A DNA stretch of 63,229 nt, filler included, from Rhabdomonas costata (GCA_019059605.1; 30 parts of 30 records of this genome joined end to end with filler, not necessarily neighbours in it); one strand, 5' to 3'. Numbered from the whole stretch's first letter, positions 10,857-24,007 are shown. Translations and numbers: made by a program. The notes: a model not told the origin generated them from the sequence alone.

Positions 10857-12740
10857 GAAAAATGTTATGAATGCGCTCCCTCTTCCCTCTTCAATCTCAT
10901 TCCCGACCTTTCACACTCCCTCCGATTTTTTTCCGCTCCTCCCTCCCTCCCTACCTCCCTTTCATTCCCCTCCTTCCTGGTCTGGTTCTCCCTTTCCTTC
11001 CAATTTCAAACCTTATTCCTTCCTTCACAGACCTTATTCTCATGCCCATGTCCATGTCATACACCTGGTAGCTGGCCTTGTGTTTTTTTGCTGTAAATTT
11101 TTTGTCTGCCACAATCCTGTTCATATACATGGTATATGGTATATGAAAACCAGACCGGAATTTTTAATCTTTTCAAGTGGAATACATTGGAAGGGAGTCA
11201 AACTGGAAGGAAGGGAGCGAAAGTACTCATTTGTTCTCAAGTGATCATTTCACAGGTTAACCAGAACAGCCGCGTGGTCCGAGAAGGCAACAGCAAGCGT
11301 GTTGGAAGCAAATCCCATATTCAGGTTCATATGGTTCCGCCAGGGACCGTCACGGAGGGGAACGACAGATCACAATATTCCACCGAAAGATACCGTTTGC
11401 GAGCCTGACTTGAATGGTGTTTCGCTCAGTTTCGAAGGAACCCCACCACCCACCCCGAAAAAAAATCGAACTGAAAACAACACAAAAACCATTCAACGAT
11501 GAATCATGGATCAGACACACAACAAACGAACCTGTGAACTAACGCAAACATTTGAAGCGAACCGTTTAAAACAACGAAAAAGGGAACCTGCAGCATCCCC
11601 CAAAACGTGCCCATCTTCAGAAGTAAAGACGCGCTCCTCGACCCGCTCGTGATCGAGGCTGGTCTGTGGTGCGTGAGAATTTCAAAACTATCCGCGAAGC
11701 CTGATACTTGAAAACCAGAGAACAACAAAGTCACTCAACAAACTCAACACACTAAACAAACAAACAAGGCAATCAAGGCAAACAAACAAACTGACGGACA
11801 GAAGAACCAGTCAAGCATCCTGTTTACGTCGTTGAAGCGCCATGTTGCAAGAGAATTTTCTTCCTTTCTTTTTCAAAATCAAAATCACGGCACTGCGACC
11901 AGGAATTTATATTGAGACTAACATTGTTGAAACCTTCATAATTGCAGCACGTGCGGGGCAAACAACTTCAACTTTCAAATTTCCCTTTCTGTCCATCTGT
12001 CTATCTGCAGTTTCTGCCTTGCTTTTATTTAAATTTTTGCCCCTTTCCTTCTATTGCCCCCCCAAATACTGGACAGTCATCTTGGCCCTCAACTTTCAAC
12101 TTACCCGTTCCCGTAAGACACCTTTATGACACTCAAGGGCATCTGTGTGTGTGTGGCGAAAAACACAGACATGCACCTGAGCAACAGCAGGAAGAGCAGC
12201 AGAGCCAGTATTTAAAGTGCCCTCGATTTCAGCAAGGTTCTGCCGACCTGAGAAAAAAGGACTGGGAAGCAGTAGCTTGGTCCGTTTCCACCCGCCCTCT
12301 CACTGGTGTTTTCGTCGCTATCGTCTTTTTGTGACCTATATCACATCTGAAAAGCACTATCGTTCTTTCCAGGTGTAAAAGGACACCTGACTCAAAAACA
12401 AACCCAGAACACAAAGAAATCACCACAGACGTCATGATTGCAAATCACATAATTTTTCCTTCAACTGGAAGTATACCGGAAAAGTCAGCAAAATAAAACG
12501 AACCTGCAGCCTCGAATTGCCTTGGATGCGCGGGATTCCAACCACCACCGGCCTGTTGCAAACGTGAGCAGGAAACCAGTNNNNNNNNNNNNNNNNNNNN
12601 NNNNNNNNNNNNNNNNNNNNNNNNTTAATTAATTAANNNNNNNNNNNNNNNNNNNNNNNNNNNNNNNNNNNNNNNNNNNNGTTGGGGTGGTGTGTCCAAC
12701 CGATTTTGCATGCAAACGAAGAGCCGTTGGTCATGCACAC

Positions 12741-14693
12741 CCAGAGAAGAGGCGCACGGGTGGGACGGTTCCAGCTCTTGTAGCCCCACAGTGAGTCGCT
12801 CCGAGACTGCGTCGTATTGACCAACCAGTCTGAGGACCTTGCCTGCCAATAACGGGAGCGAGCGAGAGACAGAGAGAGAGGGGGGGGGTTTCCTGTCGAC
12901 AGGCTTTCAGGTTTTCAAAACAGCCGGCAGCATCCTTCAACAAGGTTGAACACCACGGCGCCTTCAGCACCTTTTCTCGTCAATCGGTTTTTAATCATTT
13001 TTTAGAATCGTAACATAACACAAGACAGGTGGTCTGCAGATATCTGTACAAATGAACACACACCGGGGAAAATGGAGGGTATTAGGCATAATTAGTAGTG
13101 TTTTTAGTAGTGTTTTTCCTCTCTCTCTTTCTTTCCCACCAGCACGTCACTGGCCTCCCGCCCACCCCCAACACTTTTATTAGAGACTATGAAGGGTGCC
13201 TTCCCGCCCATTGCATCCCGTGGTGCTGTGCTGTGGTGATCTGTCGGTGTGTGATACAGGAATCATTGAGAAAAAAAGCGCTGGAAATCGAAGTTACACG
13301 AAGGCACACAGCAACTACCTTTCTGCTCGGCACCTTTACGACGCTGCTCCACAGCCTGATCAAGCTTGGGGCTCCCAAGCTGAACGTCTGAGCACGACCC
13401 CCCCCACACACACACACAGGAACGAACTAAGCACAAACACTCATTTTAAAAAAAACACTGGTCCGCTTTCTATGACCATTTATGCTCCTTCCAATTTCGC
13501 CCGCTTGTAGCAATCATACACAACAGCCAGTAGTCATGAGCATAGCTCAGCAGACAATGCTCTCGATGTTGTGTAGACCGCAATAAATGAAGATGCTACA
13601 GCCTCTAGCAAAATCACGAGGCGATAGAAAGCGCTCCGAGGACGAGTACCGAAAAGTTTACTGATTTAGGTGTTAATGGAGACAAACGGCAAAAAAAAAT
13701 TATATGGCGGGTACGCAGCAAATTGAGCGTACCGAACGTTTCTGCGGTGACACTTGAGGGCTCGCACTGCTTGCCACAGACCCGGGCAAGCACAAGCATC
13801 CGGCAGGCGGTCTCCCGGGTGTCAAACACAGCCCCAGCGACCGTCTTGGGCAGCTGAGAGCAATCAAAAGATGCGCAACGAAAGCATACCGCGGCCAACA
13901 GCACTACTACGATGCCTCCACCATCTTTCTACCCGGCCACTGATTGCTCCTGACAGGAATGGATCTTGCCGCTTCCTCGCGTTGCTAACTCAAGAGAAGC
14001 AGAACAAGTTCCAAAGCAGTGACATCCGCGACTGTCGTAGTGAAAGCGAAACAGCAATTCTGGAAGTGAACATTGAGTTGTTCCGGGCGAAGACAAAGAA
14101 GGCAAGCTCTGAGGAAAGCGTAACTTTCACATCACGGGTAAGTGATGGGCCAGCGAGAAAGAAGGAAGGTTGCGGCACACCGAGCTGGCCACCTCTGCGG
14201 CAGCACTGCTGAGGGGTTTGGCAGCAGAAACCCTTCGGAAGACATTGCAAACTGGATCCGTGAAGACCGCGGTGATCCTCAACACCTGAGGAAAAAAGGG
14301 AACCCCCTTACCACCTCAAGTTTTCCGTGTGTACTTTACAAACCTTTCTGGTGTGGCAAAGAAGCAGGTAGGCTTTGTTTTGTTCCTTCTGGGGGTGGTC
14401 GCACTCATCTGGAACAGACACAATGACCTCAATTAGAACTTGCGGGCCGTAGGGTAGTGCGATGAAAGGACGGAAAGGAAAAGCGCACATGAAGAAGAGT
14501 GTGTGGAAGTTCAAACCTTGTTCCCACTGTTCAGAACATCCTTGATGGTCTGGATGACAGGCAGCACAGGGCTGACCAGGAACCGGCAGTGGTACGACGG
14601 GGCGGCCACAGAGGCGCTGAGCTGGACCAACTCTTGGTGCGCCGCGAACGAGCACTCCGCGCTCCGCGGGTTGCATGTCAGTACCCTTCCAAC
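12741..14693 (-). CDS. Divergent homoserine dehydrogenase (ThrA/MetL-type C-terminal) domain, 5 exons: 14693-14517, 14285-14193, 13853-13733, 13387-13319, 12842-12741
   Basis: The spliced product is VGRVLTCNPR..VLPVIQTIKDVLNSGNK|VLRITAVFTDPVCNVFRRVSAAKPLSSAAAE|LPKTVAGAVFDTRETACRMLVLARVCG..|DVQLGSPKLDQAVEQRRKGAEQK|GKVLRLVGQYD..LTVGLQELEPSHP. It is colinear with ThrA motifs (VVTPNKK, LPVI..L.AGD, DVARKLLILAR, GKVLRYVG). All four introns are GT-AG and in phase. Confidence 0.85.
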
Positions 14694-16537
14694 NNNNNNN
14701 NNNNNNNNNNNNNNNNNNNNNNNNNNNNNNNNNNNNNTTAATTAATTAANNNNNNNNNNNNNNNNNNNNNNNNNNNNNNNNNNNNNNNNNNNNGTGTTGG
14801 GTGTGGTTGGTGGGGGGTGGAGGCCAGTTTGGCACGACTGGAGAGGACGGCTGGGTCGGGATGTCAGGGATTGGGTGATTTTCCATTAATGTTTGACGGT
14901 GCTAAACGTTGAGCGGTACTAATCGACAGAACTGGTCATCTTTCGGCGATGATATCTTCAGCGATGTTATTTTTGATCCCGAGGGTTTGGTACTTTACGT
15001 GTCAACTACCTCAACATGCCTTTGTCATTTCCTTTATTAAAATGGGGTCAACCTTTCGTCAGATTTCCGCCCCATGACAGATATGCTCGAGTTTAGGGGG
15101 GGGGAACAACGTTTATGACCGTTTAGCTCTGCAAATACCACACACACACACACACAGTGAATAAATTCCCTGAATCGTGAATCATCAATCTACATGCATG
15201 AAATGGTATCCCAGATCTGTGGCGACAGTCCTTAACATATCGCTCTCGATATCCCTGCGAATTCTTTCGGATCCCTGTATTTTCCACAGCCTCGTTTCGT
15301 TTCCCTTTCCATGTGGGAGGTGTTTTTGGTAAATTTAATATCGATAAGAACTCTTTTCTGCAGATCGCATGTGATCGCATGGGGTGCGTTTGGTGTCCCA
15401 GAGATGAGTGTGCCGAAGTGAGCTCCATTGTGTATTTGCCCTCTCTCTAGTTATGCTTCCTGGAATTCTCAGTTCCCATGGGTCCTTCTCGAAGAAGGTA
15501 AGTTGTTTGCTTTCTGTATTTGAGTTTTTTTGCTCGAGTGTTCTCGAGTGTTCGGCTTTATCCTCCTCCCTGTTGGCTGCTGGGCCCTTTAGAACGAACT
15601 TTGGAGCGAGAAAAGGAAATCATTTTTCATACGTGTAACCGTCATTTGCATTGTATTCTATCAGTATTCCTCTTCCTCAACTTCCTCTGCCCTTGGGCAG
15701 GGCGCGCGGTGGGGAGAAAGAGAGATCACCTTCCATGGATCCCAGCACAACAATGGGTGGTTTCCCTCCTCTGGATTCCAGGCTGGATTCTCTGTTTAGG
15801 GCTGAAACTGTCCAAAATCAACAGCGGGGAAAGCGGGCCGCGAACAAGCTGGTGATGCGGGCCCTGAATCAACGGGCACTGACCCGGCCACAGACATACC
15901 CGAATTAGGGAGCTGGCGGGGGGGGGGACGTGGAGAAACCGGGGCTTCCTCCCGCTTAGGACGAGGAAGAGTCCAGTTACGGTAACTGAGCGGGCGGAGC
16001 TGAAGAGAGTTGAAGACCTCTGCTCCCCACCCCACCGCAATGCCAAACAGTTGCTCAAACCAAATTAGTTGTTGGCACATATGGGGCGCTTCCCGTCTGG
16101 CAACTAACACGAATTCCTCATTTCGCCAGGCCAGCAATTCGCAAAGGTCCCGTAGTAGCTGTTCCTAGGCCCCTATATGTGGGCCTGCAAGATCAAAAAA
16201 GTCCACTCAGCCCAAACGCTAAAAGGCCAATAACTGACCTTGTAAGAGACCATAACACTCGCTCTACGCATGGAACATGCGGCTCCGGTCCCAAGCCAAG
16301 TTGGGAAGTCCCCCAGAGAATAGGGTGAAGATTTGAGCCCAAGTCTGGGGGGTGACCCCCAAGATAATCCATCCAGAAGCCGGCACAGAAGGATGATAGG
16401 TGGGTGCTGCTGAAAGCTCCTGGAACGTGTAAACACAGAGGAACAGTATTCATGTGTGCACACCTGCAGCTAAGGTGTGTCTGCGCTAGTACTGTTTTTC
16501 TGCTTGCTGTGTGTCTGTTTTGCTTTCTGTATTGCAG

Positions 16538-16775
16538 GGCAGCTTCCGGTCCCGCCCCGGGAAGCCCAAGCTGCGCTTCGCCGAGGAGCTCTCCTCCTCC
16601 GTGGAGATTGTGCTGGGAGAGCCCCCCGCAGCTCTGCCGTCCCCCACAGTGACGCCCTTGTCCACCTTCACTCAGCCCCGGCTTCGTGGCAATGGCGAGC
16701 GCGGGAGCCCAACCTCTCCCCTCGGCGGGCAGCAGGAGGACGCGGACCGGAGCATCACCCAACACCTCCTGGAAG
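16538..16775 (+). CDS. Exon of an unknown Ser/Pro-rich protein
   Basis: GC-rich open frame (GSFRSRPGKPKLRFAEELSS..ITQHLLE) bounded by ttgcag| and |gtagt. Confidence 0.5.
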
Positions 16776-17683
16776 GTAGTGTCACTCCCCCTTCCCCACC
16801 CACCAACNNNNNNNNNNNNNNNNNNNNNNNNNNNNNNNNNNNNNNNNNNNNTTAATTAATTAANNNNNNNNNNNNNNNNNNNNNNNNNNNNNNNNNNNNN
16901 NNNNNNNCCCCCTCTTCCTGAGCGATCGGCTCTGCGCCTGTGCTGCTGCAGGGACTAGCGCGGCGGCGGTGCGGGGGAAAGCTGGCGTGGAGGCGCCGTA
17001 CGCTACCCAACCGGTTGCCCAGTGGATTGGCGTTGGGGTTGGAACAGCTGCGGGTTAGCACGTGGTGGGGGGTGCCGGTGGGGCTTTGGAGTAGCCCGGC
17101 GTCCGTGCTGCCACTGGCGCAGCGGGGGATTTCCCCACTGCTGAACGCCAGGGCCTCCTTCTGGAAGTGGGCGGAAACCCCCTCCAGAAGAACCCATAGA
17201 ACCCATGTACACTTCAAAGAAAGAGACAATAGCTCGTCACATTGTCCGTCCAGCGTTTAAAGTCCGGCGCGGACAACAACATCATAGATACAAAGGGCAG
17301 AGGAGTACGGGAGGGAACAACACAGACTTTGAGGGGATGTATGTGGGGCAGGCGTAAATCCTTACACACTCCACAATACTGGTGGGCATGATTTGAGCTA
17401 AGTTGGGTAGAATGGAGGGTGCTACCAAATACAGTTGAGAGCGGAATTGTTTTCGAGGGTCCTTGGTCCTCGAGGGTGCAAGCTCGCTCTTGGAAGGTGA
17501 AGTGCGAGTCCGAATTTGGCGCTGGGAGCCCTTTCCACGCCCCGTGAGACCACAAGAGCTATTTCCCAACTTGCGAAAAGAACTCTGGCACCCCCACCCA
17601 AAAGGGTTTCAAAAGGGAAGGTATTTGTGCACCCGACCCCTCATTAAGACCATAATCGAGGGGTGGAGGGAAAGCATCAGCAC

Positions 17684-18640
17684 CCGTTTGCTATCGGTTT
17701 CGTCGACGTCCGAAATTTCTTCGGTCCCATCCCTCCGGAGCTCCTGCAGCAGGGCTTGCGGGATGTACCCCCGTACCCGCTGCAGGTTGCGCAGAATTTT
17801 CAAGCAGGACAGCTGCGTTGTCGTCGGGTCCTGAGATGACAATTAGTGTGCACTGAGTTCAAGCCGGCGCTGAATCCCAGAAAAGCATCCTCCCACTCCC
17901 ACTAGCGCACCGGGTGAATATGCTCTGCAAAGCTATTGTGCACAGCGATGCCAACAACATGCCAATATACTGATGTGAGTCAGGGAGAAATGTAGGATTT
18001 CGGCACATTTACGTTTGTGCGCGCCAGTGCATTTATCCCCCCCCCCCCCAGCAGGGTGGGTCCTCCCTTTTTGGGCTGTGAGCTGGTGCTTCTATGGGCC
18101 CCTTCCTAAGATTGCAAAGGGATAGAAGGTGATGCACGGGTCCCTTGGGATTCGGATTCTTGTACAGTAATTTGCAGGGTGCTAGTTGGTGATACATATG
18201 CGATCAAAAAGAGGAATTTGCAGGGGGTTAGGAGGGGATGCAGGGGTCCCTGGGGATTGCATAAGAGCTTTTGCAGGGGGTTTGAGGCAATGCGTGTGTC
18301 CGGGTACTCCTTCCAGGATGTCTTGGGCCACTCCGCTGCGCTCCGCAGCCCAAGATCCGAGGAGCTTTCATTTGTTGGACATAAATGTGCAGGTTACGGC
18401 GGGGGGGGGGGGGCATAAACGCACTTGAACCCCCAACGTGCTTTTTAAGCTCCAACCTTCATTACAAGGGAGGAGACGCCCAATTTTACGGAGCGCTTGG
18501 AATAGACGCGCGACGGGGAAACACATGCCTGAACCATCTCCAAGAAAGCCAACTTCTCTAAGTCAAACGTCGCGATAGCCGCACTCAGCTCCACCGCCAC
18601 CTCGACGTCACTCAGCCGTTTGCTCACAGCCACCAGCCTC
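17684..18640 (-). CDS. Probable receptor-type adenylate/guanylate cyclase, juxtamembrane region (exons ~18640-18529 and 17830-17684)
   Basis: VAVELSAAIATFDLEKLAFL..|DPTTTQLSCLKILRNLQRVRGYIPQALL resembles the helical linker ending in (Y/F)xP that precedes class III cyclase domains in euglenozoan receptors. The catalytic domain is not in the contig. Confidence 0.45.
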
Positions 18641-19898
18641 TTCTTAAGATGTCTATGAAGAAACACAAAAATTGGCATGTTGATACAAAAAATATCCGAA
18701 ATTACCCACCAAAATACCATGCCGCCTTCTGCACACCGCACCTCAGGTGTTATTCTCACCGTTCTTTAACAAAACTAAGCTAACGTGCATCCATCACAAA
18801 ATAAGACAACAACACCATCCCGAGGCTGCCATTCTTTGCAACGGAAAAAATACCGGTCACATTTAACTTGCGAAAATCAATGGAACATTTGAAAGCTGAA
18901 AACCTGTTCACAAGGAACGCNNNNNNNNNNNNNNNNNNNNNNNNNNNNNNNNNNNNNNNNNNNNTTAATTAATTAANNNNNNNNNNNNNNNNNNNNNNNN
19001 NNNNNNNNNNNNNNNNNNNNAAGAGGGATGGAGATGCAGAATAATTTGCCAATTTCGATTTTAAGATTTGTCATATTCCGGGAGCAATTGGGGCCTCCTC
19101 CACCAGTCTCTGCTGTAACCATATGGAGGACTGTTCCCACAACCACCCACAACCATTGCCCGGAACCTAACTCACACACGGAAAGAAGAGAAGAGTTGTT
19201 CGTTGACGTTGGTAACAGAAACCATATCAAAAAATGTTCGATTTTATTTTATTGTAAGGCCGCTTCGTGACCTGTGCCGGTGTTCCCTAGATGAGTATAT
19301 AAGGTTTGCTAAGCAAATCTGGTGGTGGCTAAGGACTACCCTATGGGATACGAGCGGAGGAATAAGACAAAATTAGGTTAGGGGTGAAGGCCAGCGACGA
19401 GGAGGCTGCGCTGCTAGGGCGGGAACGTGACCTGGAGGTTGTTAACACTGATACCTCTGCCCCCCCCCCACAGCAATTGCACTCTTCTGTTTGGGGTGGC
19501 AGCCGCAGTAATGAAGCAGCCGCAGTAGTGTAGCAGCACCAGCACCAATGGATGTCACGGAGCATCCCCCAGGGCGTCAATTGCGTCTGTAGCTCAGCAA
19601 TGATTCATGCCCTGTATCTCTCACCTCACAAGTGATTTTCCGCCCTCTCAATTTATTACCGGGTGAACACCTGAAGATTGGTGTGACGGACCCGCAAAGG
19701 AGACCATATATGGTAGACAGGTGCTTGCTGCTAAAAGACCCCGCGCTTCACGGAGTTCATATACCCCCCAACACCGGCACTTATCCCCAGTACGTTTGTC
19801 TCAGCCCAAATAATACTGAAGTAGAAGAAGAAACTCTCCTCCAACTCCCTTCCCCCAGCTCTATCTCTCTCGTCTTCTGGCCGTACTGAGCTCAGCAC

Positions 19899-20785
19899 CT
19901 GTGCATCCGAAGAGCTGCAAGGTTCCTCCGTTGGAGGCGCACACCGCCAGGGCCGTGCCGTGGTACCCCGTGGCGCACGAAGTCGACACGAAGTCGACGT
20001 ACCCCGCAGGGAGTGAGGGCTGAGTGCAGCTCAGACTCGCGGCTGATTGGCAAGGGAGACAGAACCATAAGAGAAAAAGAAAGCGAGACGTTCTACACAA
20101 TCACCTTGGCCAAGGATTTTCATGCCATAACGATGATGCATTCCAAATGTTCCGTGTGCACTCTCATCCAGTAGACAGCGCCTTCGTTCCGTCCAAGGAG
20201 AAAGCCAACCCAAAACCGATGTGAGAAACGCCGCAAGGGCGCTTTTTTGTTCCATTGGTTAGATATATTGCGTGAATTGTGTCCCCGTGACTTCCCTTTT
20301 CTACGCCAAAAGCCTGAAGACGTGGCGTTGTGGTGGGTATCTGAACGAAAACGCGGGGCTGGCGCGTGGCACCAGAGCCGATATGAAATTGAGCCTGCGG
20401 TCCGTGCATGGACGGAAACGGGCCTTACGAAGAATAATCACTCGATGTGGGGTTGTGGTTAGCATCCTTCTGCACGGTGTGTGCGTGTGACTGCGACTAT
20501 GGCTGTGGCAGTTTTGTGTGTAAGTGTGTGTTGGGCGCATAGCGCTGGCTGTTACCTGAGTGACCGTTGGTGACCAATGTGGACTGGGACTGACGGGTGC
20601 ACGCGCAGTTGGCCGCGGGTGCTCGCGAAAACGACCCAGCAAGCGTGTGTGTGTGTGTGTAAGTGTTTGCGTGCCTGCGGTGCAGCACTCCGCATAGGTG
20701 CACGTCGCCGTGGCGCAGTACACAGTTCCCGAGCGCTTCACAAGGTTCAGGGAGGACGGGCAGTCAAATGTGGTGCAGGACGCAA
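19899..20785 (-). CDS. Cysteine-rich modular surface/extracellular protein (exons 20785-20675 and 20042-19899)
   Basis: Two symmetric phase-1 exons, each one Cys module: ASCTTFDCPSSLNLVKRSGTVYCATATCTYAECCTA and ASLSCTQPSLPAGYVDFVSTSCATGYHGTALAVCASNGGTLQLFGCT. Confidence 0.7.
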
Positions 20786-23223
20786 CTGTTGGCAGAAAAA
20801 AACTACAACCACAACCCGCGCATTACCCCTTACGGGGCTTGAGAAGTTTCTACCGGCCCAACGGAAAACCCATAAAAAACTCACCCGTCCCCCCATTTCC
20901 CGCAAGAAAGGAGCCGAGATTAATCCCCCCCCCCTCTCGTTTTTCTCGCGAAAGCTTTCAAAGGTGGCGCATCATCAACCCACCAGCCCGAAACGCTGAC
21001 GAAAAAGAAAGACTACAGCAATCCCTTTTNNNNNNNNNNNNNNNNNNNNNNNNNNNNNNNNNNNNNNNNNNNNTTAATTAATTAANNNNNNNNNNNNNNN
21101 NNNNNNNNNNNNNNNNNNNNNNNNNNNNNGGGGTGTGGGCTTTGCTCACCTGCCTCTTTGCATGGATCCGAATGTACCCTGAGAGCTGTGGTCTGTCGAC
21201 GGGCACGGTGTGCTTGTTTTGAGTGTAATTCGCGTCGCGTTCTCTCCTTGCGTCGCTTTTGGTAAGTTACGGCTCAGGATTGCCGTAGAGTTTAACTGCG
21301 ATAAGAATACTGTTCAGGACTCTCATCGGGTTGATTAGCCCCCCCTCCATTATTTCAAGACAGAAATTCGATGCAGCAAGGGCTCTTGTGATTTAGTGCG
21401 TGTGGGAGGGGGCGTCACCAGTGAAGAAGGTTCAGGGCGATGCTCGGTTCTCCTTGATTCGAGTATAATAAATTCCGTTCAGAGAGCTCAATTGACTGCC
21501 CAGGATGTCCTTTGCCGTGGTGCGCAGCGTAGTCGCCCAAAATCCGATGGCCCACTTGACATGTATTTGCTTTCACACGGGCACCAGGGGTCACTGGCAC
21601 CACGGGTGCAGCCTCTAAGTTTTTACCTTTGCATCACTGGTGACGGCCCCCCCTTCCAGGTCATACAATCTGCCTTCTGCCTTGCGCCCTTGAGCTGAGT
21701 GTCCTTTCTTATCTTTTCGGCGTACTTTTTCCCCACCCGTGTGGAATAATATCTTTTTTCATATCTTTCGCCTTCTCACTGCAATCCTGAATGTCGTCGG
21801 TGTGGATGGGCAAAAAAAAAAAGGACGAGGAGATTATTACTCAGCTGTTGCCCACCATGGAACCAGCCAGGCTGGCCCTCCTGGACGCTCTGCTGTCCAC
21901 GCAGTTCCGTGCCCACTTGGGGCTGCCTGCCCTCGACGATGTGGGTGTGTGACATCCGCCTTTCGTCAGTCTCCCCTCTTCATCAGCCTGCTTTCCATCG
22001 GTGAATAATGCAGAGAGTACAGCAGCCACTTAGCCTTCGGAGATCAGAACATTCCTTCAAATCGTTCCTTCGCATCCGACAACCGATCGATTAACAATGT
22101 GGGTTGAGCGAGGACTTTGTGAGACAGAATGTTTGCTTGCTGGCTTCACAGTTATCGCCCCGCTCCCCGCTTTGTGAGAGCTTAATCGAGCCGAGATCAG
22201 TCCTGATTTTGGATGTGTCATTCGATCTTGACACGTGTCTCGAATGTTCTATACTGACTTGACTTTGAGAGTCCTCAGCATTCCTTCTCCGGCTATAATG
22301 TGGCTAAAAAAACTGCATGAACGTCTTCTTCCCTTTGCCTTTTTTCAGAGACCCACACGACCTCCAGCGGTGAAGCCGTCCCCCAGAGGGGAATTCCTTT
22401 GAAGCCCCGGTTTGTGGATTCTCCGACGGAGCTGGCGAGTGAGCCCAGCCTCGCAGGTATATTGCTCTGCATCCTTGCGACTGGAGGGAGGGGTGCAGGA
22501 CTGGTGCCTTTCAGCATCTTAGTTTTCCCGAAATGTTACAATGGTGCTGGTATTTTTGTGAACTTTTGGACTATTGCATGCCGTCTGTGCAGGCATGCCC
22601 TATGAACATGCCTGTGAACTGGAAATGTGTTGGGTGTTTAAGTTTTAAAAAATATGCTGGCAACTGACGAAGAACGCTATGGTTACTCAGGTTCGGTGAT
22701 CAGAACCTGTGGCAGCGTTGTACGGGAAAATCGTGTTTACGCCCCTCAGCTTGTGCCCATACAAAGTGGCGCTGGTATGCTTTCTGTGTTCTTCAGGTGA
22801 GGTGCCGACTCCGTTCGGATTTACACGGATCCCTTCGTCCCCGTATCCGGGTGTGCATTTGTGCCAGGATGCAGAGGATAGAAGGAATGAAAAGGTGAAA
22901 GGCTGGAACCGCATCCGCCGCAAACGGAGGTTCCTGAGAGTTTTACGCATTAGTGCATCATCAGCTTGGAGGCTCGGACCTTGGGTGTGTGGTGGCGTAA
23001 TGATTCGATGATTCGGTGGGACTTAACATCACCCCGTCCAGACAAATGCCGGGAACGATTTTATTCTCTCTTTTGCTGGTCGCAGTCACGGTTCCCGCGA
23101 GTCGGCGCCACCCAAAANNNNNNNNNNNNNNNNNNNNNNNNNNNNNNNNNNNNNNNNNNNNTTAATTAATTAANNNNNNNNNNNNNNNNNNNNNNNNNNN
23201 NNNNNNNNNNNNNNNNNGGTGTG

Positions 23224-23364
23224 GTTGCATCTAAAATATAGGTGTTTTAATAAATAAATAAATAGAACTATTTTTGTTCTTTATAAATAATGAAATACAA
23301 TTATAAAAATTCAAAAATAGTTCTATTTATTTATTTATTAAAACACCTATATTTTAGATGCAAC
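23224..23364. repeat. 53-bp perfect AT-rich inverted repeat at the contig start
   Basis: 23224-23276 is the reverse complement of 23312-23364, with a 35-bp loop. Confidence 0.9.
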
Positions 23365-23373
23365 AACACATGA

Positions 23374-23661
23374 CACAAAGAAAGAAAAAATGCTTTAAGA
23401 AATACACACCGTAATAATGCACGTTTATATGAATTTTTCTACAATTGCGATTTTATTTTATTAGATTCTTTTTCTTGCAATAATAAAAATGAATTGAATC
23501 AGCGGATTAAATATTATGAACTTTTGCTAAAAATAACTGAAATGCATATTAAGAAAGCAAACACTGAAGTTATAAATTTATACAAAAAGAAGTTGGATAT
23601 ATTAAACGCTCGGAAACAGCCACTCGTTGAAGTAATTAGTCCTGTTTTGTATTTTGATTAA
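23374..23661 (+). CDS. AT-rich 95-codon open frame, unknown helical protein (not in the ORF track)
   Basis: Reads ..NALRNTHRNNARLYEFFYNCDFILLDSFSCNNKNELNQRIKYYELLLKITEMHIKKANTEVINLYKKKLDIL..LYFD*. There is no in-frame 5' ATG unless the A-run at 23385-23390 carries an indel. Confidence 0.4.
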   Translation, partial: HKERKNALRNTHRNNARLYEFFYNCDFILLDSFSCNNKNELNQRIKYYELLLKITEMHIKKANTEVINLYKKKLDILNARKQPLVEVISPVLYFD

Positions 23662-24007
23662 CTAATTCTTTTAATAGTTGATGTTTCTTTATAAATCTAT
23701 TCATTAGTTTTCCCAGTTTATCTTGCAAGTGATTAAATTCACTTTCATATTCAAAAAATCGGCCAAACGCGTTTAAATTCATAACGTAATTGTGGCATCT
23801 TTCACAGTACATTTCACTACTTGGAGGTCTTCGGTAGTTATAGCCATAATTTGGGCTGTCGTGTGACTCCTTCTTATCCGAAAAAAGAATAAACTTTTTG
23901 TTATCAATGAAGTAACATGATGTACAGTTAAAACAAAACCTAACTGAACAACACCAACAATAAAAAGTCTCTTTTGGTTCCAGATAATCATCACAATGAT
24001 TGCTTAC
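23636..24007 (-). CDS. AT-rich 123-codon open frame with CxxC zinc-binding pairs (not in the ORF track)
   Basis: Reads NHCDDYLEPKETFYCWCCSVRFCFNCTSCY..MYCERCHNYVMNLNAFGRFFEYESEFNHLQDKLGKL..QD*. The start is unresolved. Its 3' end overlaps the convergent + frame by 26 bp. Confidence 0.5.
   Translation of the reverse strand, partial: VSNHCDDYLEPKETFYCWCCSVRFCFNCTSCYFIDNKKFILFSDKKESHDSPNYGYNYRRPPSSEMYCERCHNYVMNLNAFGRFFEYESEFNHLQDKLGKLMNRFIKKHQLLKELVNQNTKQD

Noticed and set aside
18090..18300. Degenerate direct repeats (atgcaNgggtccctNgggatt, tttgcaggg) in an intron
   Set aside because: Only two or three irregular copies with no spacer structure; ordinary intronic repeat decay.
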